Shown one piece after another: positions 58,731 to 64,000 of a stretch of 64,000 nt of DNA. Source of the stretch: Candidatus Poribacteria bacterium (GTDB lineage Bacteria; Poribacteria; WGA-4E; WGA-3G); the NCBI GenBank assembly GCA_963422705.1, contig OY730443.1, positions 2,910,956 through 2,974,955 of the forward strand, read 5' to 3'. A program made the translations under genes and the position numbers. Every line of letters begins with the position of its first letter. Position 1 is the first letter of the stretch. The notes under the pieces were generated by a model, which saw nothing but the letters and a program-made list of their open reading frames with translations, was not told the DNA's origin and did not search any database.

Positions 58731-60746
58731 CTACTCCGGCCAACACCGCAGCCCGTTTCTCTTTCGATACGGCTTATTGCAAATCGGGGTGCTACGGACA
58801 CACCGCTGCCAGGTTTGACGGCATTCGCGCAAACGACACGTACGCACCCTATGTTTATTCTCGGCACTCTCCGATTCAGGATTATACGAATGTCCCGCAG
58901 AACACGTCGCAACAAAACGGTGTTCATGCGGGGTGCAATAATAATAACCACCAGAAGTCTGACACGAATACGGGCCATATTCCATACGACACGATGATAC
59001 CCACGCATGATACGAACGCCGTCGACGATGCGTCGTGTCATGTCCACACGCATATTGACGCACCGCAGACGGTGCCGGTACCTCTGGATAGACATGTTTA
59101 TGGCTCGGACGCGTACAGACATAATACGTCCCGATGAGACACGCCTTGCCATTCTTGCTAGGGCAGAACTGTGCTTCGGTATGTGAACGCCCGGCTTTAC
59201 AACGATAACCCGAATGTGAACCACACGGCAATGTGCCATACGCATGACGAGAAAACTCAGACGACGATGGCGGTTGACACGCATAATAACTATGTGAACC
59301 ACACGAAAAACTCACTGATGCATGAGAAGACGCTTCAGCCTTCTTATGACGATGCCCACACGGACTCGTTACATACGTATCGCTCGGCGCCGGTGCAGCT
59401 GGAAATCTATGAACATGCGGGGTACACGCATAATAGTCACTCCCGTTCGTACACGTATCGCCATTCGAATTCGTCACCGAACACGAGGAGATACGAGAAT
59501 GCTCGCCACTCGCCGTCAAAGGGTGCCCACACCGATGATATTGCCCGGCGGGCGGATGCATCACCCGCGGTTGCAGGGACGACAGCACCTGCACAGCAGT
59601 CGTGGTGCTGTCAGTGCCTTTCGGCGGCTCACACGGCGGAGAATAGACGGTACCAGGAAAGGGCGGCCAACTCCCGCCATCTCCCCGACGCAACGTCCAA
59701 TCCGCATGCGTATGTGTGCTATAGTATTCCCAAGAACCTGTCCATTTCGCACCCGCATCTATGGCACTACGTGCCATCAGTTTAGCATCATCGCTTTTTG
59801 CCTCGTTTTTTCTTACCTGCTCCACCGTGCCATCGCCATCGACATCAAGCGTCTTAATATCTAACGCATCGCCATAGCAGTGGCGACTATGGAAGGAGGC
59901 CTTAGCGGGCGCAGCGACATGAAATCGCTGGTGATACGGGTTGCGATACGCACTGTTGACTTTGAAGGCTTTATCCGAAAAGACGGCTAATCCATTCTTC
60001 TTGCGGTATGCGTTGACTTGCGACAGCCACCCCGACTTTTTGGCTTTCAAGCCGTCATCTATCATATAACGGTAGTGTCCCGTATTCCAGTCATCAACGC
60101 CGTTGCTCGATAGCTCATCCTTAAATTTATCGCGCGCAGGAACAGGCAACTCGGCCCGAGCATCCGGCGGTGTCATGTCCACATATTCCTGACGCAGTAT
60201 GTCAATTTCATCTTGCGTCCACGTTTTCGTCAGCCTCACAGTCTTCAGGTTATCGGCATCCGAACCGTAGTAGCCGATAAACTGGATTTTTACCGCCATC
60301 GGGGTGTTGCCTCTGCCATTTTTACCACGACATGTTTCAACCTTTGTCGTATCCGCGGGACCCTCCAACATCGCCTCCACTGAAAAAGTGGTGTCCGGCG
60401 AAAACGGCGACACATCAGAAACGCGACTCGACTTCACCGCCTTGCGCACCGTAAAACCGTTGTTCATCGTAATCTGAAAATTAAAACGCTCAATCGGGTA
60501 GACATACTGTGAAGGTTGGCGCGCACAATACTTCACATCGACTTTCACACATGCCGTCTTCTCTGAGTTCGTAATAAATGTCGTGAAAACCGCGTTATCT
60601 GAACCGGAACTTTGCCCGATTGTCCAATCTCCCCAACGGACACACGGCGCTGTTGGGGAGACTTCACCAGAAACCAGCGCTGTTCGCACCGACAGACACG
60701 GTACCAATACCAGCAGAAAAAGTAAAAAAATACACACTGTTTTCAT
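58731..60746 (-). CDS. secreted M15-type (hedgehog/DD-peptidase fold) zinc peptidase-like protein with C-terminal Cys/His-rich repeats
   Basis: 671 aa with signal peptide MKTVCIFLLFLLVLVPCLSV. M15 zinc motifs are SRHCYGDALDI (S-x-H-x-x-G-x-A-x-D) and THTHAD (H-x-H). The ATG lies 12 nt after the F1 stop. Confidence 0.8.
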   Translation of the reverse strand: MKTVCIFLLFLLVLVPCLSVRTALVSGEVSPTAPCVRWGDWTIGQSSGSDNAVFTTFITNSEKTACVKVDVKYCARQPSQYVYPIERFNFQITMNNGFTVRKAVKSSRVSDVSPFSPDTTFSVEAMLEGPADTTKVETCRGKNGRGNTPMAVKIQFIGYYGSDADNLKTVRLTKTWTQDEIDILRQEYVDMTPPDARAELPVPARDKFKDELSSNGVDDWNTGHYRYMIDDGLKAKKSGWLSQVNAYRKKNGLAVFSDKAFKVNSAYRNPYHQRFHVAAPAKASFHSRHCYGDALDIKTLDVDGDGTVEQVRKNEAKSDDAKLMARSAIDAGAKWTGSWEYYSTHTHADWTLRRGDGGSWPPFPGTVYSPPCEPPKGTDSTTTAVQVLSSLQPRVMHPPAGQYHRCGHPLTASGEHSRISSCSVTNSNGDTCTNGSDYYACTPHVHRFPAAPAPSDTYVTSPCGHRHKKAEASSHASVSFSCGSHSYYACQPPSSSEFSRHAYGTLPCGSHSGYRCKAGRSHTEAQFCPSKNGKACLIGTYYVCTRPSHKHVYPEVPAPSAVRQYACGHDTTHRRRRSYHAWVSSCRMEYGPYSCQTSGGYYYCTPHEHRFVATCSAGHSYNPESESAENKHRVRTCRLRECRQTWQRCVRSTPICNKPYRKRNGLRCWPE

Positions 60747-60758
60747 GATAAAACACCA

Positions 60759-61667
60759 CTATTTTAGACGCGCAAGCGCATCGCGCGCGGATTTTTCTTC
60801 AAAGTAATCCGGTTTTTCTTGCGCCAAAATCGCTTCAAATCTCGGTATCAGGATGTGTTCTACAATCCCGCCTAGCTCCGCGCGATGCCGTGCGGCAATC
60901 CTGCCTAATACCTCAATAGGGTAACTTCGTTCGTAGGGCTTTGCACCCATATCAAGCATATAAGGGATAAGATACGGCACGGCAGCCACCCCCATCTCTG
61001 CCAACATATTTATCGGACTCAGTCCTCCAACAAGCCCTTCACAGAGATAAGTTGCCATAACAACGATAGAACGCGGGTCATTCGTATCAAGACTGCCGAG
61101 TAGATCGAATGTTTCTTCCATATCGCTGTGTCCTGTCGGGCCTGAAAACCCATCGGGGGACGGCATGAGTTGTGCGACGAGGCCAGGCGTTGCGGGGTTG
61201 GGCACACCGCCCCATGCCCAAATATTGTTGGCGATGTACTCCACCCGGTGCCACGCCGCAAGCACCGCCGGTTCGGTGATACCTTCGGGGATGTCCACCA
61301 CTGCCGGGGTATACTCGCGCGAGGCGGACACCGCCGGCCGCGCAGCAATACCTTCGTTAGGAACTTCGGAGGTATCAGGCGGTTCGTCGACGGGCCCTTC
61401 TCCACCTTTGTTAGGAATTTCGGGGGTATCAGGCGGTTCGGCATCCCGTGCATCGACGGGCACTTCTCCACCTTGCGAAGGCTCATCAACGGGGGCTTTC
61501 ACCGCTGATTTTGGCAGCGGTTCCCCCGCTGATTTCGGCAGCGATTCAACGCGTTTGTCACGCTTGAGGGATTCTTTGGGAGACTGTGTCTGTAGCAAAT
61601 AGAGGCTCACAGCAACAACTGCCAGGAGCAACAGAGATAAACTGAACCAGATTTTTCGGATAACCAT
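60759..61667 (-). CDS. array family protein F1
   Basis: 302 aa; first copy, directly upstream of the intact M15 gene. Confidence 0.8.
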   Translation of the reverse strand: MVIRKIWFSLSLLLLAVVAVSLYLLQTQSPKESLKRDKRVESLPKSAGEPLPKSAVKAPVDEPSQGGEVPVDARDAEPPDTPEIPNKGGEGPVDEPPDTSEVPNEGIAARPAVSASREYTPAVVDIPEGITEPAVLAAWHRVEYIANNIWAWGGVPNPATPGLVAQLMPSPDGFSGPTGHSDMEETFDLLGSLDTNDPRSIVVMATYLCEGLVGGLSPINMLAEMGVAAVPYLIPYMLDMGAKPYERSYPIEVLGRIAARHRAELGGIVEHILIPRFEAILAQEKPDYFEEKSARDALARLK

Positions 61668-61824
61668 TCGGCACTCCTTCCACACGTGTACGTGCACGGT
61701 GAAATCACACCAACGCAGCTCCGATGAGTTGCGCGGGGAAATACAACGGATGGACGTGTTGCCGAAACACAACTACGTCCCAAATCGAAAAGATACTTTT
61801 ACGCCAAGATTCAACGTCACAGAC

Positions 61825-61853
61825 ATGCTAGAAAAAAACACATGTTTTCGCAA
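61825..61853 (-). promoter_or_regulatory. candidate promoter TTGCGA-17-TAGCAT in the conserved array leader
   Basis: Read on the minus strand. The same element recurs in the F5 leader, and as GTGCGA-17-TAAAAT in the F6' leader. It is absent from the shortened F3/F4 leaders. Confidence 0.3.
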
Positions 61854-61874
61854 GCATTTTTTGAGACAATCGAG

Positions 61875-62468
61875 TTATTGGATTCGTAGAGATTCCTTGA
61901 TTGCTTTAATCTCTTTTAATCCTTTGCGGTTGGCTTCACTCGGATAGAAAAAGTATAACAATTCATGCATGACAATCGCCTCGTCTAGAAGGAGCCCCTC
62001 CTCTTCTTGTGCTCTGTGATATAAATCAATGAATTGCTCAATTTCTGGAATCTCCCCGTGTTTTTGTATCAGTCCTTCTCTGATAGCATCTTTATTGGAT
62101 GCTGTTATGGATGGAAATTTCCAGGTAGGGGCGGTTGTACCGGTGTTTATCTCTTCCTCCTTTTGCCACGCTGGTTCCTCATCAGCCGTTAAGGTGGGGG
62201 ACAATGGTGTGTCCTTATCTGTCTCTAGAGACGGTATGTGTGGTTCTGCGGTTGATGTCCGGTTAGGCTGAGGGTTCGGGTGTTCACTGATATCTTCGTC
62301 ATCTTTTATCAGGGCAGCGTCGGGTTTTTCTGGTATTTTCTCCTCTGTTTACTGCTTTACAGGCACTGTGGGGAAACTCTTCTCAAAACGTTTATTATCG
62401 ATATGAATATAGATAGCAGACGCGCAACATAAGAGAATAATAAAGAGGAAAAACAAAATGGCTTTCAT
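61875..62468 (-). pseudogene. hypothetical exported protein gene interrupted by an in-frame TAA
   Basis: AAGGAG precedes ATG 62468 (MKAILFFLFIILLCCASAIYI.., a TM/signal segment). TAA lies at 62349-62351. The same frame stays open to 61875, which is track ORF 61875-62204. Confidence 0.4.
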
Positions 62469-62698
62469 GGGATGTTCTCCTTAACAACAAAGCTCGATTC
62501 CGGTAAGGCGCCTTGCGGCGTATCTTACCTGACTTGTTAAGCGTGATAAAATACTATCTAAGAAAAAAACACAGATTTAGGGTTACATTCCTCCAAAAAT
62601 GCTCAAAGTCGTTTAATTTACCTTTTTTTACACGATTCGAGAATCTGCTGTCCCTGTCATGTTACAAGACGTTAAAAGACACAAAATGGGTTACGGAA

Positions 62699-62930
62699 GT
62701 GATAGCACCCACACGCGAAAGCGTGGGGCTTCGGTTTCGTAGCAACTGCGGTTTTCTCATAGAGTCAACCGTCTTACTGTCGCTCCACCAGCGGGCGTTT
62801 CCCTGTAGGTTTCTACAGGCATATCGTCAAGTGACGGCTATCCCTGCCCGCAAAATGTTTCGCGCAGCGTTGATGTCTCTATCGTGGTGGGAACCACAGG
62901 CGGGGCATGTCCACTGCCTATCGTCCAATG
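62699..62930 (-). ncRNA. putative TnpB omega-RNA (reRNA) scaffold / IS right end
   Basis: The 3' end of tnpB plus about 125 nt downstream contains hairpins (CCTGTAGAAACCTACAGG, CCACGCTTTCGCGTGTGG). It ends in GGGTGCTATCAC at 62699, mirroring the GTGAGTATCAC termini at 34179 and 35962. The 5' boundary is a guess. Confidence 0.4.
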
Positions 62931-63936
62931 TTAGGGTTTCGTTATGAAAACCGCAATCACGACAAGGTTTGGTTGTAGCTGTCCATTGTCCGACTTTTTT
63001 AAAATGATGCTTATGTTTTTGACACTTATATTCCAATATCTTAACGAACTGGTAGAAGGCGAGGTCCGATACTTTACGCCCCCACAGGCGTTTCATGCCG
63101 TCAAGGTTCAATGTCTCAAGGACAATGATATCAAACTTTTTACAAAGTTCACTTGCCAGTTGCCAGTGAAAATCTTTGCGGTGGTTGCTAATTTTCCGAT
63201 ACAGACGTGCGAGTTGTCTCACACACCGCCACCACCGGTTAGAACCTTTAACTTTACGAGAAAACGCTTTATTGAGAGTCCGAAGTTTGTTCAAGGACTG
63301 TTTCAAAGGTTGTGGGTGTTGGATTTTCTCACCCGTGCTAAGTGTCAAGTACGCGTCTTTCATTCCGAAGTCTGCCCCAACGCTTTTACCTGTTGTCGGC
63401 AGTGGTAAAAAATCTGTGTCATCCGTTATGAGGTAAAGCCAATAGTCGCCGCAATTGTCACGTTTGATCGTGATACGCCTAAGTTTTCCATGCCAGTGGC
63501 GGTGTTTATGAAACGTATAAGGCACTTTATCAAATCGCCACTTCCCTTTATCCCACTGACGAAAACTGAGTGTAATACGGTTGTTAGTGAGTTTAAATCC
63601 AGTTTGTTTCAGCGTGATAGACTTAAACTTATGCTCCGGTTTGATATGGGGGTTACCTCCCCGTTTATTAAAGAACCTTTGATACGCATTATCAATTCGT
63701 TCCAACTCTGCTTGGAGCCCTTGGCTTGGCAACAACTTCCAATGTTGATGTATGGTTCGTTTCAATATGCAGGCATGTTGACACATTGCAGCGTAGTTGG
63801 CATACGGCAAGCCGTCTTTATACCGGTGACGCTGCCACTTATGGAAATAGACATGCACCTGCCACATATCGTCAAGCAGATTTCCAATGCGGATGGTATT
63901 AGATTGTTTCCCAAGCGGGTATTTATAGGTTTTCAT
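62827..63936 (-). CDS. tnpB: IS200/IS605-family TnpB (RNA-guided RuvC nuclease), apparently intact
   Basis: 369 aa. RuvC-I is VGADFGMKD, RuvC-II is IVLETLN, the zinc ribbon is CRDCGF..CPACG and RuvC-III is HHDRDINAARNI. No tnpA is seen within the 64 nt left upstream. Confidence 0.9.
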   Translation of the reverse strand: MKTYKYPLGKQSNTIRIGNLLDDMWQVHVYFHKWQRHRYKDGLPYANYAAMCQHACILKRTIHQHWKLLPSQGLQAELERIDNAYQRFFNKRGGNPHIKPEHKFKSITLKQTGFKLTNNRITLSFRQWDKGKWRFDKVPYTFHKHRHWHGKLRRITIKRDNCGDYWLYLITDDTDFLPLPTTGKSVGADFGMKDAYLTLSTGEKIQHPQPLKQSLNKLRTLNKAFSRKVKGSNRWWRCVRQLARLYRKISNHRKDFHWQLASELCKKFDIIVLETLNLDGMKRLWGRKVSDLAFYQFVKILEYKCQKHKHHFKKVGQWTATTKPCRDCGFHNETLTLDDRQWTCPACGSHHDRDINAARNILRAGIAVT

Positions 63937-64000
63937 CGACTATCAAGTATCAAGTCTTTTACCCCGGTTTAGTGGGGAGGCAGACACGTTACCAAGTGGT

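Larger units (their letters stand above)
53919..61870 (-). repeat. tandem gene array: [leader - family gene - start of M15 gene] units, with one full M15 gene
   Basis: Long stretches of near-identical DNA recur at roughly 0.9-1.2 kb spacing; see findings. Confidence 0.9.
62679..63960 (-). mobile_element. IS200/IS605-family tnpB-only (IS1341-like) element; the left end is not definable at the window edge
   Basis: The tnpB gene plus the right-end structure. Boundaries are approximate. Confidence 0.55.

Noticed and set aside
58688-59864. Long His/Arg/Thr-rich ORFs lie on the plus strand (58688-59137, 59171-59785, 59322-59864). There is also an alternative minus-frame ORF at 58712-59302.
   Set aside because: All overlap the 671-aa frame, which has a signal peptide, M15 zinc motifs and a coupled start after F1. 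The others are low-complexity by-products of the Cys/His codon-rich sequence.
54745-61602. Ser/Gly/Thr-rich antisense ORFs of 145-164 aa recur in every array copy (54745-55194, 55850-56344, 56851-57294, 57832-58317, 61165-61602).
   Set aside because: Their conservation is explained by duplication of the sense gene. They have no RBS or start context and are low-complexity in composition.
53919-61870. A diversity-generating retroelement or phase-variation invertase as the source of array variation.
   Set aside because: No reverse transcriptase, template repeat, invertase or inverted-repeat switch is seen. The variation pattern fits recombination among tandem paralogs.
36545-62351. The idea that in-frame TAA codons (36545-36547 and 62349-62351) reflect stop-codon reassignment.
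   Set aside because: TAA terminates confidently called genes in the same window, for example guaB at 24689-24691 and tsaD at 29236-29238. Nonsense decay is the simpler explanation.
63937-63960. Two TTGAT motifs (ACTTGATACTTGATAGTCG-ATG) lie immediately upstream of tnpB and could be the TAM or left-end boundary.
   Set aside because: They lie only 5-12 nt from the start codon, leaving no room for a left-end hairpin. The window ends 64 nt upstream, so the left end cannot be defined.

Overview
Calls rest on hand translation, motif recognition and by-eye repeat comparison only; no database or structure search was run. The window is bacterial chromosome, about 50% GC by eye. Its gene content is rich in PhyH dioxygenases, Gfo/Idh/MocA oxidoreductases, LamG, TPR and LRR+dockerin proteins. 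That mix is reminiscent of Poribacteria/PVC-like uncultured lineages, but this is only a guess. Positions 1-33.6 kb and 39.5-53.5 kb are mostly ordinary, densely packed genes. They include an ABC exporter (ATPase + double-FtsX permease + TPR lipoprotein), a cyclophilin, a KamA-type radical SAM enzyme, a large zinc metalloprotease, guaB, a lone nuoI, tsaC/tsaD, murQ plus a sugar kinase, ggt, a MetE-like methyltransferase and two LamG proteins. Two plastic zones stand out. Zone A (33.6-39.6 kb) holds a truncated IS200/IS605 tnpB with its right end, and a second solo copy of that right end about 1.8 kb away. The two copies bracket a TusA-like / DsrE-like / TusA-OsmC-fusion cassette, and the solo copy truncates a decaying DUF3179 gene. 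The same zone holds a ~180-bp promoter+signal-peptide segment duplicated in front of two unrelated genes, an LRR+dockerin gene with a 198-bp internal duplication, and gene fragments. Zone B (53.5-64 kb) is the best candidate for something undescribed. It is a minus-strand tandem array of five full and one truncated paralogs of a membrane-anchored protein of unknown family, with mosaic, gene-conversion-like variation. Each copy is followed 12-13 nt later by the start of a secreted M15-type zinc peptidase gene. That gene is intact once, as a 671-aa protein with an unassigned Cys/His-rich repeat tail, and is reduced to about 11 codons four times. An apparently intact tnpB with a recognisable omega-RNA-like 3' region lies next to the array. 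Other oddities are a 919-aa ORFan beside an orphan MT-A70 methyltransferase, an LDH/MDH-like protein that seems to lack its catalytic residues, and paralog pairs with conserved C-terminal tails. No rRNA, tRNA or CRISPR array was recognised.
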